Shown here piece by piece: positions 13,119-26,435 of a stretch of 64,000 bases of DNA. The notes beneath the pieces were generated by a model. That model saw only the letters and a list, made by a program, of their open reading frames with translations. It had not been told where the DNA came from and made no database searches. Origin of the DNA: Eledone cirrhosa (lineage: Eukaryota); assembly GCA_964016885.1 (NCBI GenBank), contig OZ024743.1, positions 22,196,001 through 22,260,000 of the forward strand, read 5' to 3'. Position numbers and translations under genes: made by a program. Position 1 is the stretch's first letter, and each line of letters begins with the position of its first letter.

Positions 13119-13561
13119 CAAAGATAGGGGGGGGGGCAGGAAGAGCCAGAAAGAGAAGAATCGTCCAAATACTTGAGTAATACTTTATTTACCAACCCAG
13201 AAGGTATGAAAGCCAAAGGTAATCGTGATTTGAACTCAGAGTGCAAAGACCAAGGATAGATACCACGAATATCCAACATCCTAAAGATTTTGCCAATTTG
13301 CGCCGCCTTCAAACAATTTTAGAACTTTTCAGAATGTCAGATTGTATGAAATCTATATTGTTCCAAAATTAATCACCTTAATTTTAAAATTAATAATGTT
13401 TAAAATCTTTTTTTTATTTCTATATGTTTTCAATGATAAAACTTTAATAAATGCATAATCTCTCAATCTAATTTCTGCCGCTGTTAAAATGTATTTATCT
13501 TAACATACGACTGCAATTAATAACTTCTACTTTTAGTACGAAAAGATACTTCCGTTGACAA

Positions 13562-13767
13562 TACAGGTAATATTCCGTTATAACGAATACCATTATAATG
13601 AATTTTTCAGTATAACGAAATTTTTTTCCATCCTCGATGCAATAACAAACAAACGCACGACTCCTACAGGTAATATTCCGTTATAACGAATACCATTATA
13701 ATGAATTTTTCAGTATAACGAAATTTTTTTCCATCCTCGATGCAATAACAAACAAACGCACGACTCC
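13562..13767 (+). repeat. Exact 103-bp tandem duplication of a possible pogo/Tc1-like transposon terminus
   Basis: Two copies of tacaggtaatattccgttataacgaa...gcacgactcc; TA+CAG start with internal ttataacgaa subrepeats. Confidence 0.75.
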
Positions 13768-13819
13768 TAGTGGTGCGTTGAGTCCTTGAGCAATTAACTA
13801 TATTTCACGTTGTTTCAAT

Positions 13820-14080
13820 TTTGCCTTTCATCCTTCCAGGGAGGATAAAATAATGATTTCTAGTATAGGCACAAGGCTAGTAATTTTGGGGAGGGGAAAG
13901 TCGATTAAGTCGACCCAGTACATTACTGGTGCTTTATTTTATCGACCCACGTAAGGATGAAAGGCAAAGTTAACCTCGGCGGGATTTGAACTAGGGAGGA
14001 TAAAATAATGAGATCATAATAATCGACTTTCCTCTATCGACAAATTGCAGGCCTTGTGCTTAGTTTAGAAATAATTATTA
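13820..14080. mobile_element. Minus-strand SINE (about 13857-13992) nested in an older plus-strand SINE
   Basis: 19-bp TSD agggaggataaaataatga at 13838-13856 and 13993-14011; the outer SINE core and tail flank it. Confidence 0.82.
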
Positions 14081-14500
14081 CTAACTTGTATCAATTTTTT
14101 ATACTAGTCACATGGAGTATTTTAACAACCATTTTATTTTAACAACCATTTCAACATAATTAGGACTTTCGGTTGGATGTGCCTGTTAGGGCAGATATGA
14201 AGGTAGGTCGTATATTTTAAGCATATATATACATACTAGCAAATGACACCCGTCCATTGGACGGTGTCAGTTCTTGGTAGGGCTGCAATGTTAATGGTCA
14301 ATTTCCGTGCTGTATGTTTAACTTGGAGGATAATTTTACCTGATTAACTCTTTCAATAAAAAAAAAATGAGACGGTATTCAAAAAGAGCAAGTTTTATTT
14401 ACAGATATGTGTCATTAAAATGTGAACATAGAGAAATGTATCGTTAGCCGTGTCGGTTGAACAATGTGTAATTTTTTTTATTAATAACCGAAAGACAAAC

Positions 14501-15839
14501 AGTAAATGAGACTGGATGTCAAACCATTTTGGATTGCATGTAAAGGTGATAAAAAGATCAGGACGGCCACAATGGTGGACATAGGTCAGAGCATCCTGCA
14601 TTTTTTCATGCATGTAACGGGGGCCTCCAGTGTATGATGATGGGAGAATGACAGAAAGCCCAACATCCGAAGCATTAGCCTGATCATTTCGGTTTACTTC
14701 GTCACGTAGATTGCTGTATTCTTCTGAACGCAGTTCCTTTTGATGATGTCTTATCCATTGGAGGCATTCAGTGTCAATCTGAGCAAATATGTCTACACAG
14801 TATTGATTGAGGAGCATCCGTGTTCTATGCAGAATGTTGACGTCGTTTTTGCGAAACATAAGTCTAAATGCATAAAATTCCATTTGTGAAATGGTTTTCC
14901 CTGGTGTAAGATGCATTAAACTTACATGATTACACTTTTGAAAATCAATGCGGTAGCCATCGTCGCTAAAGGGGAACAGCAATGGATACTGGAGAGCATC
15001 ATATGCGGGATGAAGTTCATTTATTTTTTGAAGATGCGAGTCCTGCCATTCAATAACAATATCACGGTTTGAAGCGATCTCATTAGGACGTGTTATAATC
15101 ACCGCAACTTCATCGGTTTGGCGTCTATTAAAGCAACCCTGATGCTGCCCTGGTGGAGCGCGGTCATTTCGAATGACAACCTTGTATTGATTGTTGTCAG
15201 CATCTCTATGTTGTAAAGCAGTTTTGAAAATGGTGATGTACGGGTTTATGGAATGAAGCATATATTGAAGGGGCTGCAGAAGAGAAGGTGTCGTTCCTTT
15301 AGCAACTGAAGCCCTTCGTGCAATTTCTTCAGGTCCGTTGCCCATAAAGTAGATCTGGAGAAAACTGTGTTCTTTGCCATCTTGTGGAATAAGTGATCCT
15401 ATTTGATGGTAAATTTGGCTTTGCACTTTAAATGTGGGCATATAATTCCCATCTTTTTATTGTTGTCATTTGGAAAGCCGAATTGTAGGCTCTTATATTT
15501 CTGAAAAAGTGTTTAGAATCAGGGTGGTCTCCAAGCAGCAGAGAATTCAAAGGTTCGGCACCGACTTGTAAATAAGGCAATCTAACCGTTCCATTGGAGC
15601 AACATCACCTCATTGCATTACAATGGACGCAAACAGTTGACATACTACCAATGATGATATGTGGATGGGATGCGTAGTCCTCTTGGGGGTTGTATTGAAA
15701 ACCTTTCTTAGACCAGTAACAGGAAGAATCCCTCGGAAAGACATAAGTACGCATTTTCCGTTGAGAATCAGCCGCAAGCCTTGTTGCCCTTTGGTCAACA
15801 GTCTCTAAAGCACGGCTATTGGAAGTAGAAGCAGCATTG
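14501..15839 (-). pseudogene. Partial duplicate of the Helitron Rep N-terminal region
   Basis: Near-identical to 18781..20141 with two short deletions and a 3-nt indel (ORF 14395..15441). Confidence 0.92.
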
Positions 15840-15845
15840 GATAAA

Positions 15846-18800
15846 CTATTGGAGGGCTGCCTTGTAAACCACATTTTTTGTAAATCTTCCGGGAGCGTAG
15901 TAAAAGAGACTTGCTGAGTTTCCAACTCTTGAACATCCCACATACAATTGTCCGTGTGAAAAACATGGGGTACTGAGGTCCAGCCCAACCACTTTTAGTG
16001 ATTGCCCCTGGGCTTTGTTAATGGTCATTGCAAAACTTAATCGAATGGGGAATTGAACTCTTTTCATCGGAAAGACACAGTCAGTTGGAATAAGTGGAAC
16101 TCGGGAAATAAAAACAGAGTCACCAGCGCCTTTTCCAGTAATGATTGTAGCCTCGAGAACGTCATCCAACATTTGCGTTATAACCAAGCGTGTGCCATTG
16201 CAAAGCCGAGGAGGTTCCAAATTTCTTAAGAGTATGATGGGACATCCAAGTCTTAGGCAGAGTTTATGTGGTGGCATTCCCGATGGTTCTTGTGAGTTTA
16301 AAAACTCTGTTGGGTAAAACGTTACTTGCGTTGGATCCGTAATCGAATCAATCGAAGCATAACATCGCTCTTGGGAAGGAAGTTGATAAAGCAGACATGT
16401 GTTAATAGCTTGGACGGTGGCATTCGTAGGGGCTAAGATAGCCCTTTCACACATCCATTGATGACTGACGTAATTTGTTGAGAGGTCGGGGTAAACTTTT
16501 GTGCAAAGGTCCCCAGGGCTGGAGACGTAGTTGCCGATGGTACTTATGTCAACGAAACCGTTTACGTCGATTAGTAAGTTCCCATTACCAACATCCAATA
16601 ACTTTGAAGCAAAATAATTGTTACCGTCTTGTTGGTGGAGAATCGATCGCATGTTGATGGTTAACATTCTCGACTAGACGAAGCGCCAAAAATGAGAATG
16701 TTTAATGCAAGCGTCTATTTCATCACCTGGTTGACCTTTTGGGATGATGGGAAGAGTTTGACGAAAGTCCCCAGCAAGAAGCAGAACGACGCCACCGAAA
16801 GGTTTAGAGTTGGAGCGCAGGTTTTGTAGCGTTGCATTGATTGCATGAAGTGCATTCTTGTGGGACATTGTCGCCTCATCCTAGACAATCATTTTGCATT
16901 TTCGAAAGACAGCAGCCTCATCAGAATTCTTCTTTACATTAGTGGTCGGATTTTCAACATGACCAATGTTAAGGGGAAGCTTAAATGTTGAATGGACTGT
17001 TCTGCCGCCGTCTAGCAGTGTTGCTGCTATTCCTGAAGATGCCATTGCAATGGCAATCTGTCCATGTTGGCGAACTTTGGCAAGAAGGAGGTTTAGTAGA
17101 AATGTCTTTCCTGTGCCACCTGGCGCATCAAGGAAGAGGATGCCACCGTTTATGTCTTCAAGCATGGTCAAAACAAAAGTATAGACATCAGCTTGTTCAG
17201 AATTCAAAAGTTTTTCTCTTTTTTGAATGTAGGACAGAAGCCTGGCAGCATTGTAGCATGTCTCCCTTAGTACGTGGCGGTTACAAACAGCCTCATTTTC
17301 TCTTTTAGGGGATTCCATATAGTAGTTCTTCAAGGGATGGCCGGTCATTTCCCAAAGTATATCTTCTAGAAATATGATACCGCAATTGTACATTTCATGT
17401 GTAAACTGTAAATTCATGTCTGTGGACGCAAAGCGAGATTGCATTAGGATGTCCAAGCACATGCTGTCACGATATTTATCCCAGAAAGACTGTGGATTCC
17501 CAAGACTGCAGTATACCAGCATAACGGCGAAAAGCTTACGAAGAGCAATTGGTGACTGCAACATTGATGCTTCATGGAGGGCGTGGTCATAGTGGTCATC
17601 GTTGTCGAGAAGACCTAATTTGGAGCAGGCCTCTTTAAATGTTGACCAAATATGGCCATTGACGGTACGGAGGTCTTCAAAGGAAGTCGGACCTTTGATA
17701 ACGTGCAATAGAAGACGAAGGTGAAAACATTCTGAATTGAGCGGGTGAACTGTGTACACTCTTGAGAGGGCATCAGACTCACGCATCAAAGCATCCCTTT
17801 GTGAAATGCGTCCTTGCTTTCTTCTTTGCCAACAGCGGGAAGATTTATTCCACGTGTAGAATGTAGGCAACTCCGCATAAAGAAGTGTTCTGGCAAAAGA
17901 GTCTGAAGTACAAATTTCAAAGAACCCGGTAAGGGTCGTTCTTCGAGGTTGTCTTGCACAGTCAAGCATATTTTCTTGGTTAAAATACACCCGTTGACCA
18001 TTCTCCAAATGAACGCTGAGATGAATAACTGCAGGTTCACGTTCATGGATCGGAAAACCGAATATGCGCCAACATTTCTCGTTAGAAGAGATGTAGCGTC
18101 CAGTTTGAAAACACGTGACTTCATCTGTGGCAGCATCAGGGTTATCGCTTTTAGCCAACTCAATAACTGCTCGATCAGCTCCCTTATGGACATACTTGCA
18201 GATGTATTGGATTGCTTTGACGGAGTTGCAGAATTCAACGTTAATATGGGCTGAAAACATTTTACATAGCACCTTGTTATGTGGTACAACCCATCGGTTG
18301 TCAATAGTGAAATCTTGACCACCAAGCATTGTTATATTTGCCATAAGTCCACCCTCCTGCGGTGCTCGGCGACGGTATGAAGGGTAGCCATCATCACCAG
18401 TTTTGGTTTCATTGATGAGTTTACGTGGGTAACGCTTTGTACATCTCCTATTGTCCATACATGCAGATTTTGGATTTAGGTGGCCACACGGACCATGTAT
18501 CATGTTGGCTTTTATGATTTGAAATAGCGAAGGGTCTTCTTGGGGATTTGGAAATTCAGCACTGATAATGGAATCAACATCAGTTGACATAAGTTTCTTT
18601 TGAAGCCAAAGGAGAATATGGGCATGTGGGAGTCCTCTCTTCTGCCATTCTACTGTGTACATGAAGCACCTTACTGGTCCAAAAAGTTGTCCGTATTTTA
18701 AAACATTCATCATTTTTATAAGCTTCATGTGAAACACTCTGGATGTGATATCATGCCTGTGTGAAGGATTTTGGCCATGAAGTAAATGAGACTGGATGTC

Positions 18801-20400
18801 AAACCATTTTGGATTGCATGTAAAGGTGATAAAAAGATCAGGACGGCCACAATGGCGGACATAGGTCAGAGCATCCTGCATTTTTTCATGCATGTAACGG
18901 GGGCCTCCAGTGTATGATGATGGGAGAATGACAGAAAGCCCAACATCCGAAGCATTAGCCTGATCATTTCGGTTTACTTCGTCACGTAGATTGCTGTATT
19001 CTTCTGAACGCAGTTCCTTTTGATGATGTCTTATCCATTGGAGGCATTCAGTGTCAATCTGAGCAAATATGTCTACACAGTATTGATTGAGGAGCATCCG
19101 TGTTCTATGCAGAATGTTGACGTCGTTTTTGCGAAACATAAGTCTAAATGCATAAAATTCCATTTGTGAAATGGTTTTCCCTGGTGTAAGATGCATTAAA
19201 CTTACAGGATTACACTTTTGCAAATCAATGCGGTAGCCATCGTCGCCAAAGGGGAACAGCAATGGATACTGGAGAGCATCATATGCGGGATGAAGTTCAT
19301 TTATTTTTTGAAGATGCGAGTCCTGCCATTCAATAACAATATCACGGTTTGAAGCGCTCTCATTAGGACGTGTTATAATCACCGCAACTTCATCGGTTTG
19401 GCGTCTATTAAAGCAACCCTGATGCTGCCCTGGTGGAGCGCGGTCATTTCGAATGACAACCTTGTATTGATTGTTGTTAGCATCTCTACGTTGTAAAGCA
19501 GTTTTGAAAATGGTGATGTACGGGTTTATGGAATGAAGCATATATTGAAGGGGCTGCAGAAGAGGTGTCGTTCCTTTAGCAACTGAAGCCCTTCGTGCAA
19601 TTTCTTCAGATCCGTTGCCCATAAAGTAGATCTGGAGAAAACTGTGTTCTTTGCCATCTTGTGGAATAAGTGATCCTATTTGATGGTAAATTTGGCCTTG
19701 CACTTTAAATGTGGGCATATAATTCCCATCTTTTATTGGTGTATGACCAAAGCTTGTCATTTGGAAAGCCGAATTGTAGGCTCTTATATTTCTGAAAAAG
19801 TGTTTAGAATCAGGGTGGTCTCCAAGCAGCAGAGAATTCAAAGGTTCGGCACCGACTTGTAAATAAGGCAATCTAACCGTTCCATTGGAGCAACATATAC
19901 CGGTAGATTCCGCTGGCCACCTCATTGCATTACAATGGACGCAAACAGTTGACATACTACCAATGATGATATGTGGATGGGATGCGTAGTCCTCTTGGGG
20001 GTTGTATTGAAAACCTTTCTTAGACCAGTAACAGGAAGAATCCCTCGGAAAGACATAAGTACGCATTTTCCGTTGAGTATCAGCCCCAAGCCTTGTTGCC
20101 CTTTGGTCAACAGTCTCTAAAGCACGGCTATTGGAATTAGAAGCAGCATTGCGAGCACGCCGGAGTTCTGCTTGTTCAGCTTTCTGTAATGCTCTGATGT
20201 TCAAAGTAGAGGCAGCATTGTGAGCACGCCGGAGTTCTGCTTGTTCAGTTGTTTGTAATGCTCTGGCGATCGAGGTAGAAGCAGCATTGCGAGCACGCCG
20301 TAGCACACATTGTTCTTCTGTTTCGATTGCGTGCAAAGAACGCAAAGCAAAAGCATTTTTTTGTTTTTTTTCCAATGTTACTCTTTCTTTTTCGAGGCAT
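15846..20400 (-). pseudogene. Helitron RepHel (HUH Rep plus PIF1-family helicase), disrupted
   Basis: Rep motifs FITFTCNP, VEWQKRGLPHAH and YICKYVHK; helicase motifs APGGTGKT, V*DE, GDFRQ, FAMTINKAQGQS and HGQLYVGCSR; in-frame TAGs at 16881 and 16674; MPRKRKS start at 20400 frameshifted in an A-run. Confidence 0.95.
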
Positions 20401-20754
20401 TCTACCGAAAATATGTAATTGAATAAAGTTGATACAAATCAATTAAAAGAAATAAATAGTTGTGTACAATGTGTAAATTTTTGTAATAATAAGCAAGACG
20501 AAAAAGTATATTTTATCATCTGCTTTTTCTACACGGGAATTATATATTAGATTTTCATACTTACAAAATAATTTTGCTAATATCGTGTTTAGCAGTGTCG
20601 GTTGAGCAATGTGTTAATATTTGATTAAAAACCAGAAGACAAACAGTAAATATATTTCAACCTCTGAATAAGTATTAAAGAAATGACGATTTTTACTTTG
20701 AAAATATGATTTATGACATCAAAACTGCTTTAGAGTTTAATTTTTTGAATAAAA

Positions 20755-21470
20755 AGTATCGTCTGTTATTTCTTACAATTAACACATTTATACACACACA
20801 TGCACACACGCACACACATACGCACGTACACACACACAAAAACACATACACACACAAACATACACACACATACACACAAACACACACACATACACACACA
20901 CACATACACACAATCCCAAGACGTGACGTTGTGGAAGGGGGAGAGTTAAGAAGTGTAAAAAGTTAAAATTATAAACACTGTATTTATCGCTAAAGTATCG
21001 TCTTTTATTTCTTACAATTAACACATTTATACACATACACACACACATGCACACACGCACACACATACGCACGTACACACACACACAAACACATACACAC
21101 ACATACACACACAACCACACACACATACACACAGACACATACGCACACAATCCCAAGACGTGAGGTTGTGGAAGGGGGAGAGTTAAGAAGTGTAATAAAT
21201 AGTTAAAATTATAAACGCTGTAATTATCATATTCGCGTCACACACACTCCTCTCTTTCTTTATTTTACTCTCTCTCTCTCACTCCTCTCTTTCTATCTCC
21301 CTCTCACACATCCTTCTCTCTCTGGCCGTTATGGAAATTACACACACACACATGCACATGCACGCACACATACACACACAATCACATACACACACATATA
21401 CACACGCACATACACATACAATCCCATAACGTCGTGTTGTGGAAGGGAGAGAGTTAAGAAGTGTGTAAAA
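20755..21470. repeat. Approximately 240-bp tandem units containing (CA)n in the Helitron 5' region
   Basis: Recurrent caatcccaagacgtgacgttgtggaagggggagagttaagaagtgt after CA tracts; three copies here and one near 22080. Confidence 0.85.
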
Positions 21471-21704
21471 GGAACGCTCTCTCTCTCTTTAATGGCCGTC
21501 ATGGAATTTGTTAGTGCAAAAGCCTATAAGATTATAAAATCGAAGTTTGTGACTTCGAAATTAATCATTATGAAATAATTTTTTCTATATGTTACAAACC
21601 GTAGCCTATTTTGGCTATGTGTTTAATTTGACAGAAATGGATGGAATATTTTCCAAGTGAAACTCTTTTACACACACACACAGAACGGGAATTATATATA
21701 TAGA

Positions 21705-21977
21705 CTAGCAAATGACCCCGTCCATTGGACGGTGTCAGTTCTTGGTAGGGCTGCAATGTTAATGGTCAATTTCCGTGTTGTATGTTTAACTTGGAGGATA
21801 ATTTTACCTGATCAACTCTTTCAATAAAAAAAAATGAGACGGTATTCAAAAAGAGCAAGTTTTATTTACAGATATGTGTCATTAAAATGTGAACATAGAG
21901 AAATGTATCGTTAGCCGTGTCGGTTGAACAATGTGTATTTTAAAACATCCATCATGTACATACACACACAAACATAC

Positions 21978-22070
<93 letters not shown>

Positions 22071-22160
22071 TACGCACACAATCCCAAGACGTGACGTTGT
22101 GGAAGGGGGAGAGTTAAGAAGTGTAATAAATAAGTTAAAATTATAAACGCTGTATTTATC
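21705..22160 (-). mobile_element. Second, internally deleted Helitron 3' portion joined head-to-tail
   Basis: 21705-21935 repeats the 3' terminus at 14236-14470 (hairpin and CTAG); cut off by a SINE. Confidence 0.88.
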
Positions 22161-22405
22161 CAGTGCATTACTGGTACTTTAATTTATTGACCCCGTCAGG
22201 ATGAAAGGCAAAGTTAACCTCGGCGGATTTGAACTCAGAACGTAAAGGGCCATAACTCTATGCTACAACGCATGGTGTCTGACGCTCTACCGATACAGCC
22301 AAACCACGTAGTCAATAATGGCTTCTTATATAGGCACAAGGCCAGCAATTTTGGGGGAGAAGAAAGTCGATTAAATTGACCCCAGTGCGTTACTGGTATT
22401 TTATT
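22160..22405 (-). mobile_element. Two SINE fragments
   Basis: Family core and B box (22160-22300); tail fragment (22314-22405). Confidence 0.82.
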
Positions 22406-23880
22406 TGATGGTGTTGTTGTGAGAGTGTTTTTGCGAGTATGGCGTCTGCGGTTTCAATGTTTTGTGTGTGGGGGATGTTTGCGGTTTTGCTTTTCTTTTT
22501 CTTTTTTTTTCGATTTTGTTTTTCTGCTTTCTTTGTTTTCTACTAGAAGACGAGGTGTATGCACCTGTAAGAGTGTCTGTGTCTGTGTGTGTACGTGTTT
22601 TTTTTCAATGTGTGTATTTGGGGGGCGGGAATGGGAGAGCTTTCTTCATTCCCCCTGAGTTGGTGTTGGTGGTGGTGGTGGTGGTGGTTCGACTGGTGTT
22701 GCTGCTGTTGATGGTGCTGCCGATGTCGGTGTTGGTGAAGCTTTCCATCCCGGCACTGGCGTTTGCAGTAACGGAGGCTTGCAGCCTCCTGCATGTTTGA
22801 GCTGAGGACAGAAGGCTCTCATATGTGTTGCTATCAGAACCCTCCTCGACCACGCATCCCAGGAGGCATCATAGGTTCAGTCCTAGCAGGATGCTGGGAA
22901 TGCGGACCATTACTATCCTTCTGTCCATGACTATGCGGTTCGTTCTAAAGGGGGCCCACGGAATATATAATAACAAAGGCCACCGAGATGGTGCTGAACT
23001 GTCTGGCCCTTGCTTTGTACTCTATGTCATCTTTGATGCATTTCAGTGCAGCTTCGACTTCCGCCTGGGTGGCGAGTTCTGCTTTGCGGGTCTGCACTGA
23101 AATACATCTATAAGTCCTCGTGTGTGTTGCTGCTATTGCTTCATCAGGGATGGTTAGGTTGGCCCAGGATTTTTCTCGCTTAAACAGTTTCCACGCCTGG
23201 GTCAACTGTTGCTCCTTGCTCGAAATGTCCATTTGAAAAAATGTTTTGGTTTTTGCAGCCGCAGCTGCGAATGACTTCTTGTTCACCTTGTTGTTGCTGT
23301 TGTTGTTGATGCTTGTTTTTTGGGGGGCTTATCGCCTTCCCTTTTCTCTTCGTTGCTGTTGGTTTTGTTGTTGCCGTTGTTACAGTTGGTGTTGGTCTTG
23401 TTCTTAATGCAGTTGTTGTTGTTGTTTTCGTTGTTGCAGTTGGTGTTGGTGTTACTCTTGGAGTTGTTGTTGCCGTTGTTTTTTTTTTTACCTGTTTCGT
23501 TATGGCTGTGGGTGATGTTGTTGTTCATGTTTCTGTTGGTGGTATTGCTAATCTTGTTGTTAAATATTGTGTTTGTAATTGTCATTTTTTTTCTGTGTTC
23601 ACAATGGTGCTTGTTGTTGTGTTATCCCTCCTCTCAACTTTTAAGTCGTTATATCTCGTCCATTAAAAAAAGAGATAAGTAAAACACGCACAAAGTTCAA
23701 ATATTTGGGCCAAAAGACCCAAATATTATAAAGTCTCCCTTTGACAGGGCACAAAGGGAAGTCCTATGAACAGTTTGCAGCAAAAATCAAATAAAATTCC
23801 CAAAGAAAAAAAAAAACAATTCAAATTTACAAATTCACGGAGACTCCAAAAAATACGTCTTCTCTTGTCGACGACCAATA
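22406..23880 (-). mobile_element. 5' UTR and decayed ORF1 of an L1/Tx1-type LINE
   Basis: Asn/Thr-rich N-terminus then KSFAAAAAK; layout and 5' UTR (agacgt...tttgaattgttttttt) resemble the element at 53705. Confidence 0.6.
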
Positions 23881-23909
23881 ATAGCGCCAACAATTTGAAG
23901 AGAGCTGGA

Positions 23910-24068
23910 AATCGACCCGAGTGCTTACTGGTAGTTTATTTTGTCGACCCCGTAAGGATGAAAGGCACAGTTAACCTCGGCGGGATTTGAACTAGAAACA
24001 CAAAGGGCCGTAACTCTATGCTGCGAAGCATGGTGTCCGACGCTCTACTGATACTGCCAATCCACCGC
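23910..24068 (-). mobile_element. tRNA-derived SINE
   Basis: A box TGGCAGTATCAG, B-box-like motif and family core. Confidence 0.85.
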
Positions 24069-24069
24069 T

Positions 24070-24595
24070 CTGTTTTCTTTATTGATGACAAAGGTTTACA
24101 AAAAATACATTAAGGACAGCACAACGGTCCAATGTGGGTTTCTGCGTGTAAAAATTAACATAAAACAAAATCAAATAATGTAAAATAATTTATAGAAACA
24201 AAAGAAAATTCCCCCAAAGTGTGGAGACTTCCGGGGGTTCATCATGAGAAAGCCCACAAAATCCACAGTCACCCTAATTGCCAGAGCAAGTGCCCTCTCC
24301 CAGGTGTCCTCCCTCAATCTATAGACACACGCTCAGGGCAGGTCCATTCACTCGGGCCATTCTCGCCTCTTTCACCCACCTTTCAACAAATTGCTTTGAA
24401 GGTAGCACTTCGCTATACACCCTGATTTTCCTCTTCAAGTGAAAGCTAAAGAATTTAATCAGGTGGTTGCCGAAGAGGAAAGTGCCCGTCTTCAACCCTT
24501 TGAGGTGCGTCCAGTATATGATCTCTTTTGTCATGGCCACCAAGCTGACAAAAACAACCTGCCCTTCTTGGGTAAGGAAGGGTGGAGAATAATGA
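24070..24595 (-). mobile_element. 3' end of an L1/Tx1-type LINE ORF2 with 3' UTR
   Basis: AMTKEIIYWTHLKGL...ERWVKEARMARVNG aligns with 58852..59073; AATAAA near the end. Confidence 0.85.
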
Positions 24596-24623
24596 GGATG
24601 ACGATAAAGAGGATGACAATGAT

Positions 24624-24627
<4 letters not shown>

Positions 24628-24677
<50 letters not shown>

Positions 24678-24890
24678 TGTTTCTTATATAGGCACAAGGC
24701 CAGCAATTTTGGCGGAGCGGAAAGTCGATTAAATCGACTCCAGTGCATTACTGGTACTTTATTTTATCGACCCCGTAAGGAAGAAAGGCAAAGTTAACCT
24801 CAGCGGAATTTGAACTCAGAACATAAAGGACCGTAACTCTATGCTGCAAAGCATGGTGTCTGACGTTCTGCTGATAGTGTCAATCCACCG
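24628..24890 (-). mobile_element. tRNA-derived SINE with a long (ATT)n tail
   Basis: Full family pattern plus (AAT)n at 24628-24677. Confidence 0.88.
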
Positions 24891-25209
24891 ATAATAATAA
24901 GGGTTAACAAAATGAGGTCCTTGGTTACCCATGCAGTAAATAACGGGAATTATTGTGATTAAGAATTACCTCTTTTATGTCAGCAAAGGATGTGAGTTTC
25001 TTGTACATAGATGTTTTCAAAGGGTGAACTTGTTGGTAGTATACCTTAAGTGGGATTGTTTGTTTAAAGTTCAACAGTTCATAATGAAGTATTTCTTGCA
25101 TGCACACCTACCAGGATCTTCCTTAGATAAGCAGGTCCTCTTTCGGCTGCTAAGCAGATCTATCACCACGACTAAGCCATTAGCGACAGCGCTTAAAATT
25201 GTACTAAAG

Positions 25210-25581
25210 CAGAGGTTCTCAAAGTGGGCGCTACCCCCTACCCCGGGAGTGGGGGTGGAGGGCGTTGAGAAGGTCCAGGGGGTGCTGACGGTGGTAGAGA
25301 TGATATAATAATATATTAAATATCAAATGATAAATATTATATATAAATATAGTAAAATAAACAATATATGATATTTATTTATACATAGTATATATTATAT
25401 TATTTATTATATATAAATTAACGATTTTAGTTATTATATATTATAGCATCTATTATATATAAATTAACGATTTTATTTATTACATATTATTTATAATTTG
25501 CGTGGAAATAGGGTTGGGGGGCGCTGAGGGTATTACGAGGCCGTGAGGAGTGTAGTAGATCAAAATGTTTGAGAACGTCTG
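25210..25581. mobile_element. hAT (Charlie-like) MITE
   Basis: TIRs CAGAGGTTCTCAAA / TTTGAGAACGTCTG; 8-bp TSD tactaaag/tactaaac. Confidence 0.85.
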
Positions 25582-26402
25582 TACTAAACGGTTCATTTAT
25601 CATCCCCATTAACGACTCTGTTTAAAACATAACGGCCCTTCTTTATGCAATGATTTACAGTAGTTGATACGTTGCTGATGTTTATCTACAGAAAGGCCTG
25701 GAATTATTTTAAACGTTGGAGAAGGGGTCCTTCTCCAACGTTTAAAACATTTCCAAATTTTTTCAAATACATAACGGCAGAATTTATTGCAACAGCTGTT
25801 TCCGGTGCCACTGATCTAAGTCCTTTTGGAAGACCCTCTGTTTAGGCTGAAGTCCACATTTCTGAAACGGACAAAACACCTCAAACATGAGTATTAACAC
25901 CATATGTGTTGAAAATAAATTTTGTTCACGCATTTGTGCTGACCCCTGTAAGAAAATCTAATAGAACATGATATGTTAAATGTGTTCTTTAGTTGGATCA
26001 AACATGGTGTTCAGTTGACGTATTTCGTGAATAATGAATGTTCTTATAATCTGAACAGAAGATGGATATTGTTTAAATAGCTTAACTAAATGTCAGAGAG
26101 AAATAGAACTTTAATAACTCATGTATGTATACATGTTTGTATTTGTGTATGTATATATATATATATATATATATAAATGTGTGTATGTGTGTGTGTGTGC
26201 GTGCGTGTGTGTGTATTTGTGTATGTATATATATATATATATGTACATATCTATATATATGTATTGATGTATGAATATATGTGTTAATGTATGTATGTAT
26301 CCTGTTTGTATGTATTTATGTATGGATGTATACATGTTTGTATGCATGTATATATGTATGTATGTATATATGCATGTATGTATGTATGTATTTATGTATG
26401 TA

Positions 26403-26435
<33 letters not shown>

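Larger units (their letters stand above)
14236..21704 (-). mobile_element. Composite Helitron
   Basis: 5' TCTATATATATAATTCCCG at 21704; 3' hairpin CCGTCCA-a-TGGACGG followed by CTAG^T at 14236; Rep-helicase gene inside. Confidence 0.93.

Noticed and set aside
16674-16883. Two in-frame TAG codons in the Helitron helicase as possible recoding
   Set aside because: One replaces the Trp of the V-W-DE motif by a single change and the gene also has a frameshift; ordinary decay.
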